Positions 1-11,000 of a stretch of 29,592 bases of DNA are shown piece by piece. Below the pieces are notes generated by a model, which was not told the DNA's origin, did no database searches, and saw only the letters and a list, made by a program, of their open reading frames with translations. This DNA is from a virus (Duplodnaviria; Caudoviricetes), in the IMG/VR virus record IMGVR_UViG_3300048629_000106, positions 1 to 29,592 of that record, one strand, 5' to 3'. The stretch's first letter is position 1, and each line of letters starts with the position of its first letter. The translations under genes were made by a program, and so were the position numbers.

Positions 1-2
1 CG

Positions 3-1437
3 TATACGTGGATAAAGTATGCTGATGATGTGAATGGTAGTAATATGAGTAATGACCCGACTGGCAAAGATTATTTGGGTATTGCTTATAATAAAAGCAC
101 AGCAACTGAGAGTAATGACCCTGCGGATTATACTTGGAGCTTGTATAAGGGTAGTGATGGCGTGGATGGTGTAGATGGTACTAGTACTTACACGTGGATA
201 AAATATGCTGATGATGATAGCGGTGGAGGTATGAGCGATGACCCAGATGGTAAGGAGTATATGGGAATTGCTTATAATAAGACTACTATTACTGAGGGGA
301 CTAATCCTGCGGATTATAGTTGGAGTTTGATTAAGGGTTCGGATGGTGCGGACGGGTTGTCTACTTATACTTGGATAAAATATGCTGATGATGTGAATGG
401 TAGTAATATGAGTAATGACCCTGCTGGCAAGGATTATTTGGGAATTGCTTACAATAAAAACACGGCTACTGAGAGTATAGACCCTGCGGATTATACTTGG
501 AGTTTGTATAAGGGTAGTGATGGTGTGGATGGTGTAGATGGTACTAGCACTTATACGTGGATAAAGTATGCTGATGATGATAGCGGTACTGGTATGAGTG
601 ACGACCCCGATGGTAAGGAATATATGGGAATTGCTTATAACAAGACTACTATTACTGAGGGGACTAATCCTGCGGATTATAGTTGGAGTTTGATTAAGGG
701 TTCGGATGGTGCTGACGGTTTATCTACGTATACGTGGATAAAGTATGCTGATGATGTGAATGGTAGCAATATGAGTAATGACCCGACTGGCAAGGATTAT
801 TTGGGTATTGCTTACAATAAAAATACAGCAACTGAGAGTACAGACCCTGCGGATTATACTTGGAGCCTGTATAAGGGTAGTGATGGTGTGGATGGCGTAG
901 ATGGTACTAGCACTTATACCTGGATAAAGTATGCTGATGATGATAGCGGTACTGGTATGAGCGACGACCCCGATGGTAAGGAGTATATGGGGATTGCTTA
1001 TAACAAGACTACTATTACTGAGGGGACTAATCCTGCGGATTATAGTTGGAGTTTGATTAAGGGTTCGGATGGTGTGGACGGGTTGTCTACTTATACTTGG
1101 ATAAAGTATGCTGATGATGATAGCGGTACTGGTTTGAGTAATGACCCTGCTGGCAAGGATTATTTGGGTATTGCTTACAATAAGAATACAGCAACTGAAA
1201 GCACAGACCCTGCGGATTATACTTGGAGTTTGTATAAGGGTAGTGATGGTGTGGATGGTGTGGATGGTACTAGCACTTATACCTGGATAAAGTATGCTGA
1301 TGATGATAGCGGTGGTGGTATGAGCGACGACCCAGATGGTAAGGAATATATGGGAATTGCTTATAATAAGAATACTGTTACTGAGAGTACTAATCCTGCG
1401 GATTATAGCTGGAGTCTGATTAAGGGTTCGGACGGAT
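3..1437 (+). repeat. Intragenic tandem repeat: alternating 186-bp (A) and 177-bp (B) units, 363-bp super-period, 8 units in window
   Basis: The YTW codons start at 3, 189, 366, 552, 729, 915, 1092 and 1278. Same-type units differ mostly at synonymous sites. Confidence 0.97.
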
Positions 1438-2780
1438 TACCTGCTAATAGTCTTTATATAACTTATATTAATTATCCGCCTGAAAATAAACCTGCTGTGC
1501 CTACTGGTGATGGTACAAGTGATGGGTGGCATACTAATATGACTGATGAAGTAGTTTGGCAAAGTCAAAAGATTGCTAGTGGTGCTAGTGCTGGTACTTG
1601 GGGTGATCCTTTTATTATCTTTCCTGCCAGAGAGGGTGATGCTAGTTTGATTACAGCACCCAAACATTATCATGTGTTGACTGCTAGTGCGGCTCCTAGT
1701 AGTAATAGCAGTCAATGGAATACGGGTGGTATTAAGGTTACTGTTAATGGTACTGTGGTTAGAGATGTTATTGGCTTGCCTGATATTTATTGGTTGGGTG
1801 GTAGTTATACTGAGATGTATCATGCTTTTGCTAGGGTTTTAGAATCTTTTTGGAACTATGAAGGTGGTCGGGTCTGGTATAATGAAGATAGTGATGGTAC
1901 TGCTAAGTACCAGTTTGTTTGTCCTTATGTTGATGGTGGTGCTGGTATAGATGTTGGACATCCTGCTGATGCTTATTTTAGGTATCAAACTGATGCTTAT
2001 ATAAAGACTGCTAGCAGTGCGGTAAAGACTAATGAGTGGTTGAGAATACGTACTGCTTGGCATACTAATGCTTTTACATCTCCACCTAGTCGTCCTACTG
2101 GTGATGGCAGTAGTGGTGGTTGGAGTACTAGTAGTAGTACTGGTGCTAAGTGGCGAAGTACTATGCTTGGTAGTGATTATGGTGATGGCAGTCAATGGAG
2201 TGTGCCAGTTCCTGTTGATGCTCCTGTTGATGGACATCAGGTCTGGAAAAAAATTAGATACCAAACTAAGAGTGATGAAAATGCACCTAGTAGTAGTTTG
2301 GGGCTTACGGATGGGGAAGTAAGGTTTGTTATAAATGGTGAGGTTTGCCATATTACTGATGTAGATGTTAGTAGCGGTACTGGTGCTGATCAGGCTCAAA
2401 AAATAGAGGATAAGATTGTTGCTGAGGGGTTTGATATAACTGTTAATTATATAAATAGTAAATATGTTTTTGAGGGTGATGTGCTTATTGATAATGTTTG
2501 GAAATATATTGTTGGAGAAGATGGTAGTTTTTGGGATGGTGGAACTGATTTAAGTCCTGGTTTTCTTAAGATCTCTAATTTTGGTATAAAATCAATTTTG
2601 CATATATATAGGTTTACTATTTGGCATACTAATAGTTGGGATTCTCCGCCAACTGCTCCTACTGGTGATGGCAGTAGTCAGGGGTGGGTAACTACTAAAC
2701 CTAGCTCTCCGCATTGGCAATGTACTAAGGAATCTATTAGTTTAACTGATGGTGATTGGAATGAAATAGAGGCAATTTAG
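3..2780 (+). CDS. Phage tail fibre/minor structural adhesin with tandem YTWIKYADD repeats (5'-truncated by window edge)
   Basis: The frame is open from position 3 (TAT ACG TGG ATA AAG = YTWIK), so GTG at 30 is an internal Val. It has eight ~60-aa YTWIKYA...GIAYNK...PADYxW repeats joined by GxDG collagen-like linkers, typical of phage tail/antireceptor proteins, then three PTGDG..GW modules. Confidence 0.8.
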   Translation, partial: YTWIKYADDVNGSNMSNDPTGKDYLGIAYNKSTATESNDPADYTWSLYKGSDGVDGVDGTSTYTWIKYADDDSGGGMSDDPDGKEYMGIAYNKTTITEGTNPADYSWSLIKGSDGADGLSTYTWIKYADDVNGSNMSNDPAGKDYLGIAYNKNTATESIDPADYTWSLYKGSDGVDGVDGTSTYTWIKYADDDSGTGMSDDPDGKEYMGIAYNKTTITEGTNPADYSWSLIKGSDGADGLSTYTWIKYADDVNGSNMSNDPTGKDYLGIAYNKNTATESTDPADYTWSLYKGSDGVDGVDGTSTYTWIKYADDDSGTGMSDDPDGKEYMGIAYNKTTITEGTNPADYSWSLIKGSDGVDGLSTYTWIKYADDDSGTGLSNDPAGKDYLGIAYNKNTATESTDPADYTWSLYKGSDGVDGVDGTSTYTWIKYADDDSGGGMSDDPDGKEYMGIAYNKNTVTESTNPADYSWSLIKGSDGLPANSLYITYINYPPENKPAVPTGDGTSDGWHTNMTDEVVWQSQKIASGASAGTWGDPFIIFPAREGDASLITAPKHYHVLTASAAPSSNSSQWNTGGIKVTVNGTVVRDVIGLPDIYWLGGSYTEMYHAFARVLESFWNYEGGRVWYNEDSDGTAKYQFVCPYVDGGAGIDVGHPADAYFRYQTDAYIKTASSAVKTNEWLRIRTAWHTNAFTSPPSRPTGDGSSGGWSTSSSTGAKWRSTMLGSDYGDGSQWSVPVPVDAPVDGHQVWKKIRYQTKSDENAPSSSLGLTDGEVRFVINGEVCHITDVDVSSGTGADQAQKIEDKIVAEGFDITVNYINSKYVFEGDVLIDNVWKYIVGEDGSFWDGGTDLSPGFLKISNFGIKSILHIYRFTIWHTNSWDSPPTAPTGDGSSQGWVTTKPSSPHWQCTKESISLTDGDWNEIEAI

Positions 2781-2831
2781 TTTTGTTGGTGTATAGTATA
2801 AGTATAGTTTTTTTAATGTAAGGATAAAAAC

Positions 2832-3668
2832 ATGAGTAAGTATATTGATGAAATAACTAAGCAAGCTTTAAAAAAGCTTGGTACAAAAGCGTATTATGGA
2901 AGTAATCGTAATAGTAATATTGCTCGTGACAGACGCAATGCTTTGAGTGGTGTTGCTACTAGTAGCGTTACTGGTGCTATGCCAAAGCTAACGGATTTTG
3001 CTAGGGTTAGTGGAGGTAATAGGGTTGGTACTAGGTGGACTGGTATGCAAGGGAGTGAAGGGATATATAATGAGTCTACTCTTGATATTGATAATGATGC
3101 TTATGCTGGTGCTATGTTTGATTGGATGAGAAAGAATGATAGGTATAAGGATTGGAGCGATGACGAGATAAGGGGTGTTGCTGGTGGGTCTGCTGGAAAA
3201 TCCCCAGAGGGTGTAAATGCCTATTTGTTTGCCGAGGAACAGGGTAGAAATTTTAGGCAGGCACGTGATGAGGCGAAGGCTGATAGGGATGATATTTTGA
3301 GCGAGATAGCTGCCTTTGACGCACAATATAATGATGCTTGGGTTTCTCAACAGTTGGCTACTGAGGGTGCTATGTGGGATGCTAGAATAAGTGAGAATTT
3401 AAGACGGGTGGAAGAACGTTATGCTGCTATGGGTAAGGTTCCACATCCTGCTGTATTGGCTGATATACATGGCAGGTTAATCAACCAAAAAGAATCTGCT
3501 ATGCAGATTACTCAAATGAATTTAGAACAACAAAAAGCGGACTATAAACGTTCGGTTATTAGTATGAAAGATAGAGTTTATTCTAATACTGATAGGCAAG
3601 TAATGAGTCCTGGACAGGTTTTGCAGGCTATGAAGGCTGTTGGTGATGCAGCAGGTAATAAGGAGTAG
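2832..3668 (+). CDS. Hypothetical protein, putative internal virion/ejection protein (278 aa)
   Basis: AAGGA SD upstream; Gly/Ala-rich N-half and helical C-half; lies between the tail gene and the giant protein. Function is inferred from synteny only. Confidence 0.55.
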   Translation: MSKYIDEITKQALKKLGTKAYYGSNRNSNIARDRRNALSGVATSSVTGAMPKLTDFARVSGGNRVGTRWTGMQGSEGIYNESTLDIDNDAYAGAMFDWMRKNDRYKDWSDDEIRGVAGGSAGKSPEGVNAYLFAEEQGRNFRQARDEAKADRDDILSEIAAFDAQYNDAWVSQQLATEGAMWDARISENLRRVEERYAAMGKVPHPAVLADIHGRLINQKESAMQITQMNLEQQKADYKRSVISMKDRVYSNTDRQVMSPGQVLQAMKAVGDAAGNKE

Positions 3669-3673
3669 TTGAT

Positions 3674-5065
3674 ATGGCTTATGGTTTAAAATATGGTGAT
3701 GGGGTTAGTCCTGAGTTGGCTATGGATTTGTTTAATGGGGCGGAGGATAAATCTAAGATGTCAAAAAATCTTGTATTAGCACAACAGGAGTTGGCTAATA
3801 GGAGTATTAGTATGCAGGAACAAAGCCTTGCGCTAAAAAAGAAGTGGGGTGAAATTGAATTACGGCGTACTGCTCGCAGGGATAGGATAGCAGAAGAAAC
3901 AACTTATTTGCAACATGAGGCAATGAGGCAACAACTAAGAACTAGTGCAGATGCTAATACTCGTGCAAATATTGCCCAAAGTAGTAATATAGCAAGACAA
4001 CGCAGGATGGATGATTATACTATTGGGCGTAATAACCGTGCTGATAAAATTAATATGGCTAACGCTCGGAAAAATTCTGTTATAGCACAAAGAAATGCTG
4101 TATTCAAACAAGGGAACGAACGACGCAAAGCAAAGGATGCTTTGCGTAAAGAAGAAAACGATTTATTACAGAAGGGTGGTAGATTGCTTAAACGTGGTGA
4201 ACCAGTTGAGGGTGCTAGATATACCGATAGTGGTGGTAGGGTGTGGAGTGTGCCTACTGGTGGTACAGGGTATAGTGAAAAAAATAAACGAGCAAGGCAA
4301 GATGCAGGCTCTTCCCTTAGTAATGTAACTAGCAGAATAAAAATATTGGAAAAACGTATTGAGGACGCAAAATATATTGTTGAAGATGATAAAACAAGGG
4401 GTGGACTTGTTAAGCCAGCTGATGCAAGCAAACATATTGCTAACCTTGCAAATTTACAAAAAGAATTTGATGACTTAAATAGTAGAAGTAAAAGGCTTAC
4501 TGCATCTATCAAAGGATTAAGGGGTGGTAATGATAATGCGCTTGATTGGCAAGAGCATAAGAATCAGGTTAATAATCTCTTTGTTGATAGGGTTGTTTGG
4601 GATGGGGAATCAAAATTAATTAAAAATAAATTAGATGGTATTTTGGCTAAGGATAATGGCAATAAAAATGATATTGGAAAAATTGATAAGTTATTGAATA
4701 GATTGGAAGTAGTTGACAATCTTGAGGAAGATATAGAAGATGTTACTAGTAGGGCTTACAATCCTACAACCGAAAGATTGGCTAGTGAAATTAATGGACT
4801 GTTTAAGACTGCAAAAACAGATGATGCTGTTTGGTGGAAAGATGTATTGGAAAATGTTTATGATGATGATATTTTATATAATTATTTCTCTAGTAGAAAG
4901 TTTAAAAATGATGTTGCGAAGCGGACAACGGTTGGTTTGTTGAATGCTCTTAATGGCAAAAATCCTGCGGTATATGCTAAGGCTCAAGAAATCTTACAAA
5001 AAGCTTATATAGCAGATAAACAGAAGTTGTGGGCTAAAAATTTAAAATCTAGTAGAAAGAAATAA
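3674..5065 (+). CDS. Hypothetical coiled-coil protein, putative internal virion/ejection protein (463 aa)
   Basis: AAGGAG SD; Q/R/A-rich helical sequence; stop lies 1 nt before the giant gene start. Confidence 0.55.
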   Translation: MAYGLKYGDGVSPELAMDLFNGAEDKSKMSKNLVLAQQELANRSISMQEQSLALKKKWGEIELRRTARRDRIAEETTYLQHEAMRQQLRTSADANTRANIAQSSNIARQRRMDDYTIGRNNRADKINMANARKNSVIAQRNAVFKQGNERRKAKDALRKEENDLLQKGGRLLKRGEPVEGARYTDSGGRVWSVPTGGTGYSEKNKRARQDAGSSLSNVTSRIKILEKRIEDAKYIVEDDKTRGGLVKPADASKHIANLANLQKEFDDLNSRSKRLTASIKGLRGGNDNALDWQEHKNQVNNLFVDRVVWDGESKLIKNKLDGILAKDNGNKNDIGKIDKLLNRLEVVDNLEEDIEDVTSRAYNPTTERLASEINGLFKTAKTDDAVWWKDVLENVYDDDILYNYFSSRKFKNDVAKRTTVGLLNALNGKNPAVYAKAQEILQKAYIADKQKLWAKNLKSSRKK

Positions 5066-5066
5066 G

Positions 5067-8000
5067 ATGGCTATTAAAGATATTTATAGTGGTGATAGTG
5101 CTGAGGATGTTGTAATAGATGGTGTGGGTGGTGAAAAGACAATTGCTCAAATGGGAATTTGGGGGGCTGGTAGAGAGTGGGGGGCTGAGGATATTCTGCA
5201 GGGGGCTAAAGAAAATCCTGAGTTTTGGGTTGAAAATAAATTACAAACTGATATTGATAATATTGCGTCTTTGCCTGTGGTACGGGGGTTTGATACTATT
5301 CGTGAGGATATTAAAAGATTACCAGAATTTAAAAATCCTAGATTGGAAAATATTTTTAAGCGTTTGGAAGATGCTAGTAATAGTGAAGATTTTGAGATTC
5401 AAAAAAAATCAAAACTAATGATGCAACGACTTAATAATATAGAGGATAAGTACCGCAAGAAACTTGAAAAAACAGCGTCGAAAGTTGGGATTACTGTTGG
5501 TGAGTTAAGTGGGCTTGCTAAGAAGTCTCACAAGGGATGGGGTGAAATTGATATTACTGATGAGAGGGATAAAATATATAAGAAGATGTTTGCTGAGCTT
5601 GATCAGTGGCAGGATAAAGATTTGTTGGAATTATCAAAAGACCAGAACGATAGATTGTTGTTAGAGACTGGTAATATGGTTAGGGATAAAGATGCTACCC
5701 CTGAAGATTTTACTAGGCTAATCAAAGAATGGAAAAATACTAGGGATAGAATGTTGGCTGATTTACCAAAAAATATTGCTATCCCAAAAGATGCCGACGA
5801 AAAACAAACAAAGGTTTTAAAAGAAAAACAAAAAGAGTTAAGGGATAAGAGAAATAATATTATAGAATATACTCAACAGATGAGTAATTTTATGTATGAG
5901 ATGAGAAAAAGAAAAAAGGATCAACCTAAATCTGTTGGGCAGGGTGCAGAAGCTTGGAGAGCTTTAAAGAGAATTTATTATTCTAAATTTCCTCGGGCTG
6001 TTGGTGGTATTGCTGGTGGATTGTCTGGTGGTAACCTTGGCGAGGATTACCGTGTTGGTGGTGGAGCTATGGCTTTGGAGCCTGATTTGATTGAATCAGG
6101 CAAAGCAAGCCAGTTTATGAGTAGTAATTGGTGGACTAAGAATGTTGTTGAAGGTACTGAGTCTATTGCTGAGGGTGTGGTTGGGGCATATTTGGCAACT
6201 TTGATGTTTGGTCCTGGAGGATTGTTGGTGGCTGAGGGTGTAGAGGGTGCTGGTGCAGCTACTGGTATCGCTGGATTGAGTGGTGAAACTGTGGGATTTT
6301 TGGGTTTTGCATTACCGATGGGCTTGGAAGTTGCAGGTAATAAATTTTCTGATACTTACGAAAAATTATTAAAAGAAGGAAAGAGTCAAAAATCTGCTTG
6401 GGCAACTGCGTCTGTTGAAGGTTTGTTGTCTGCTGCTGTAGAGGTAGCGACCGAAAGAATTAGTTGGGGAAATTACGGGAACAAATTAAATAAAGCCTTG
6501 CATGGCGGTTGGGAAAAGAGTTTAGAACGGGGTATTAAACTTTCGTTAAAGGATAAGGTTAGGGCTTATGTTGCAAGTGGTGCGTCGGCGACTTTTGCAG
6601 AATTTATGGAAGAAAATATTAGTAGTGTGGGAAATGATCTTATTGATGCCTTGCATGGTGATAGTCGTATTGTTAAAATGGTTAAGTCTGGAAAGATTAC
6701 TTGGGGCGATGTAGAACGTGCTGGAAAAGAAATAGCTGGTAATTTTGCTGGTGTGTTGAGTAGTTTTGGTTTAGGTGCTGGCGGTGCTGCTCTTGGTATT
6801 CATAATGCAGAAGATGTAATCACTCAATACGATAGTATCAAGTCAGAGATTGGTGAAGCATTACAGGATTCTGTCGATGATGTTGTTGGTACTGTATTGA
6901 CTGATGGCGAGCGTACTGTTACTGTAGTTGATGTTACTGATGACGCTCTTATGGTGGAGGATAACGATACTGGAGATATGGGGCAGATCGTAGATGCTGG
7001 TGATGGTAGCTTGGTTATGGATGGTAGTGATACTCCTTGGCAGGTTGTTACCGATATCAAGCCTGTGGTTGATGGAGAAGTAGAACCAACTCCTGTGCAA
7101 ACACAGTCGGAAGATAATATTCCTCCTGCTACTGTTGAAACAGAACCAACTCCTACTGCTGATATTAAGCCTGTGGTTGATGGGGAAACAGAACCAACTC
7201 CTACTGCTGATGTCAAGCCTGTGGTTGATGGAGAAACAGAACCAACTCCTGTGCAAACACAGTCGGAAGATAATATTCCTCCTGCTACTGTTGAAACTGA
7301 ACCAACTCCTACTACTGATGTCAAACCCGTGGTTGATGGGGAAACAGAACCAACTCCTGTGTCCGATGTTAAGCTACAAAAAAATGAATTTAATCTTGAT
7401 ACTCCTGATGACAAGTATAATGTAGGTGGACACTGGCAGGTGTTTGATGTAAATGATGTATTGGTTAGTTCTGACAAGGGTTATCCGCAAGAATTACAAC
7501 CTAGAAATAGAGCTAGTATACAGTCCAAAGCACAAATATTATCAATCGCAAAAAATGTAAAGTGGCAAAAACTTTTTGAATCTGCTGGTATTACTAGTAG
7601 TGGTGCACCATTGGTGTTAAGGATAAAAGATGGTGAGTTTGGCAATACTAGTGGCGAAGATAAATATGTGGTGGTGGTGGGTAATGGTCGCTGGTCTGGT
7701 ATTCGTATGGGGTATCAGAGTGGTAATGGTGCAGAAAATTACAAAAAAGAGGTGTTAAAACATAGTGCGTCGGCAGGTTTAGAAGTGAATACCGAAAAAC
7801 CAGTATTGGCTAGGGTTATTGATATGGATAAGCTATTAAAACGTGATGCTGATGGTAATCATATTCCTGCTGGTATAGAGGATATGGCTGATTTTGCCGT
7901 ATCGTCAAACAAAGATGAAAAGCTTGATATGAGCAATGTTGAGCAAGCTATTGTAGATGCAAAAATAATTATTGACAATGAAATGTTATCGGGTTTTGAA

Positions 8001-11000
8001 ACGGATGCAAATGGCAATGTGTTGGCTCGTAGCAATGACCCGTTTTTGCGTAGATTTGTTGAATTGGTTGGTGCAAGTGGTGTTTTGGTTTCTCGTCCTA
8101 ATGGTGGGGGTCATGTATGGAGCAAAGAGTTGGGTGGTAGGGTAGAACGCGCTATGTTGGCGGCTTTGTTTGTTGGTACTGATAATGTGCAACAATTGTT
8201 AGATCAGCTTATAGAAGCATCGGAGTTTTATGGTATTAGTAGGGTGGTATCTGCTATTAATAAGATTAGTGGTGAATTATTAAAATTAGCAGAGGAAAGA
8301 CCTGCATATAATATTATACCTGATACGGCTTTAGCATTAAGAGAATTTGTATTATATAAAAAAGATGTTATTGATGGTGTATTTAGTAATATCTATGATT
8401 TTATGGCCCAGGGTGAATTATTTAAGGAAGATGGAATAAGAAGAACGAGAGTGTCTGAAGCTATATTGTTGAGATTGGGAACTGCCACTGGTATTTATGA
8501 TATTGTTGATTTCTTTGTAAGCTATATTGGTTCTGCAAGGAAGTTGGATTTAACCCCAAAAGATATGTTTGGTGTAGAAAATGACACCAAAGAACAAATT
8601 ATCGAAAGGATAATACAAGATGAAAAACAAAAGCAAAAAGAGTTTAAAAGATTATCCCGCTCTGCAGGCAATGAGCAAACAAAGGGAGTGGAACCGCAAA
8701 CACGGGACAGTGATAAGGAACCCAGACGGAACTCCAAAAACAAGAATGCAAATTCTGAAAAGGGGAATAAAAAATCCGAGTCCGAAGATGACCGCGGTGA
8801 TGATGGCAAGATTATCACAGGAAAGGGAAAACTCAATAAAGGATCGTTGGGATATACGGCAGAAAATAGCAAGGTGGGCAGGAAGGGAACAGTTCTTGTC
8901 GGCGATGATGTACCGGGTATTTCTCTCGACCCCAACGGTTCGGGAGGCATATTGGCAAAAGGTGAGACAACGGTTGGAGTCGAAGGGAGTGGATTCCCAA
9001 GTGGCGAGGGGGTATCTCCTAGTGGTGGAAGGATTAGTGGAGCATCGGATAATAACCAAGTACCTACTGAGCCATCAAACCCTAGAGGTGAGGTTAGTGT
9101 TTCCAGAGATGTTGACAAGGATGGAAGCAGTAAAGGTAGCCAACAAGGAACTTCGGCTGTCGAAAATACAGCAGACGAGCCTCCAACAGCTACTACCAGT
9201 AAAACTGAAGGATCTCTTGCCGGTAATGAAGGAGGATTATCTAACACACAAGTGGGGAATAAAGATAACCGAACCTCAAAAACCAAAGATGTAACACCTA
9301 AAAAAGAACCAGCAAAAATAGAAAAACCAGCAGATTTAGAAGTTAAAGAAAAAGATTTAACTTTTGAAGAAAAGTTACAAGCTCAAAAAGATGCTGAAGA
9401 AATTCCTGTAAAGATTGGTGATCGTGGTAATATATCAGAAACATTACCATTTCTTTACAAAGAGCAGCAGGACGATGTCTATAAGGCAGAACAAAGAATG
9501 CTTATAGAAAAGCCAACTCCTGACGACCCTAAAAAAGGTATTCTTTTTGCTAATGGTACTGGCACTGGTAAGACCTTTACGGGTCTAGGTATAATGAAGC
9601 GTTATATCAAGCGTGGCAAGGGTAGAATAGTTGTATTAGTACCAACCCAAGCAAAAGTAAATGATTGGATAAAAGAAGCTAAGTTGTTGGGAATTACTAT
9701 TAATAAGATTGTTGACGGTAAAGATGCTGGTAAGGGAGTTGTAATTACTACTTATGCAAATATGCGAGCAAATCCAATTTTGCAAAGTGTGTTATTTGAT
9801 TTAGTCGTTGCTGATGAATCTCATTATATTAATAGTAATGCAGCTGGAAAAGAAAATTCTAGCTTGAGGGGTTTTTCTAGGTTGGTGGGGAAACGTTTGT
9901 TTTTTGAATCAAAAATAATAAATGGTTTTTATAATGAGATCAAAAAGAATATAGAGGGTGCTGGTAAAAATGTTGAAGATTATTTTGAGGATGAAGATCC
10001 AAGTTTTTTTAGTACTATTGTTGATGAATTTTTAGGTAAAAAAAGTTTAAAGAAATTTGAAAAAATAATGAAAAAGAGGGTGATGTCTGACGTTGTATTG
10101 TTATCGGCAACCCCATTTGCGTATGTTAAAAACATAGAGTATGGGGATGAGTTGTTGTTTCATATGGGGGATAAAGATAGGTTTATGATTAGTAATTTTG
10201 GGTATCGGATTAGGTATGGGAAATTAACAAAGCCTGAAGTTGATGTTGATACTGGACTGCTGGAGAGGGAATTTAGCAATAATTTACAGGCTGGTGGGGT
10301 GATGTCTGTTAGAATGCTATCGGTAGACAAGGATTATTCAAGGCATTTTGTTGATGTTGACACTTCTTTGGGTCGAAAAATTCAAGATGGGTTAGATTTA
10401 ATTAAGTTTGATGAATATCCTGTGTTGGCAATGAATTTACATAGGCTTCATACTTATCATTATAAGATTATTTTATTGGAGGCTCTTAAGACTGAGGGTG
10501 GTATTGATAGGGTTGAAAAACATTTGGCTTTAGGTAGAAAAGTGGTAGTTTTTCATTCTCGTAAAAAGGGTAGACCTTTTCATCCATTTATTTTTGAGCC
10601 GTTGATTCCTTTGCTAAGGGGGCTTGCTAATAGTGGGATAAATGATGATGATTTAAAAAAATTGGCTGGCGAGATTAAAAAATTTAACTCTGAGCATCCT
10701 GAATATCGTAAGCTTGATTTATCCTCTTTACAAAATAGCATTGATAAGTTTCCTAAGCGGTTTGGTCAAAGGGTGGTGATGTTTAATGGTGATGTTCCCG
10801 CAAAGCAACGTAGTAAAAATATAAAACTGTTTAATGATGATAACTCTGGGGTTGATATTATTATAGTACAGGTTGATGCTGGCAAAGAAGGTATAAGCTT
10901 GCATGATATTACTGGTAATGGCAGACAACGGGTATTAATGGCTTTAAACTTGCCTAATAAACCCGTTGATATTTCACAAATGGAGGGGCGAATATATCGC

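Noticed and set aside
1437-5418. Shadow ORFs overlapping the tail and virion genes (e.g. 1437..1823, 1839..2399, 2068..2322, 4015..4512, 5119..5418)
   Set aside because: Biased I/T/S or V/L/M compositions expected from the GGT/GAT/AGT codon bias of the real frame.
6824-7477. Antisense and alternative-frame ORFs (6824..7477, 6861..7256, 7135..7425)
   Set aside because: They are by-products of the tandem PT-linker repeat lacking stop codons.
8522-9286. 254-aa and 135-aa antisense ORFs over the giant-gene linker
   Set aside because: Low-complexity S/P/L/F-rich shadow translations without a convincing SD or start.
8620-9294. REQFL and FPE words shared between the nested ORF and the FPEKAITTDE domain
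   Set aside because: The spacing differs greatly and the conserved WN is missing; likely coincidence.
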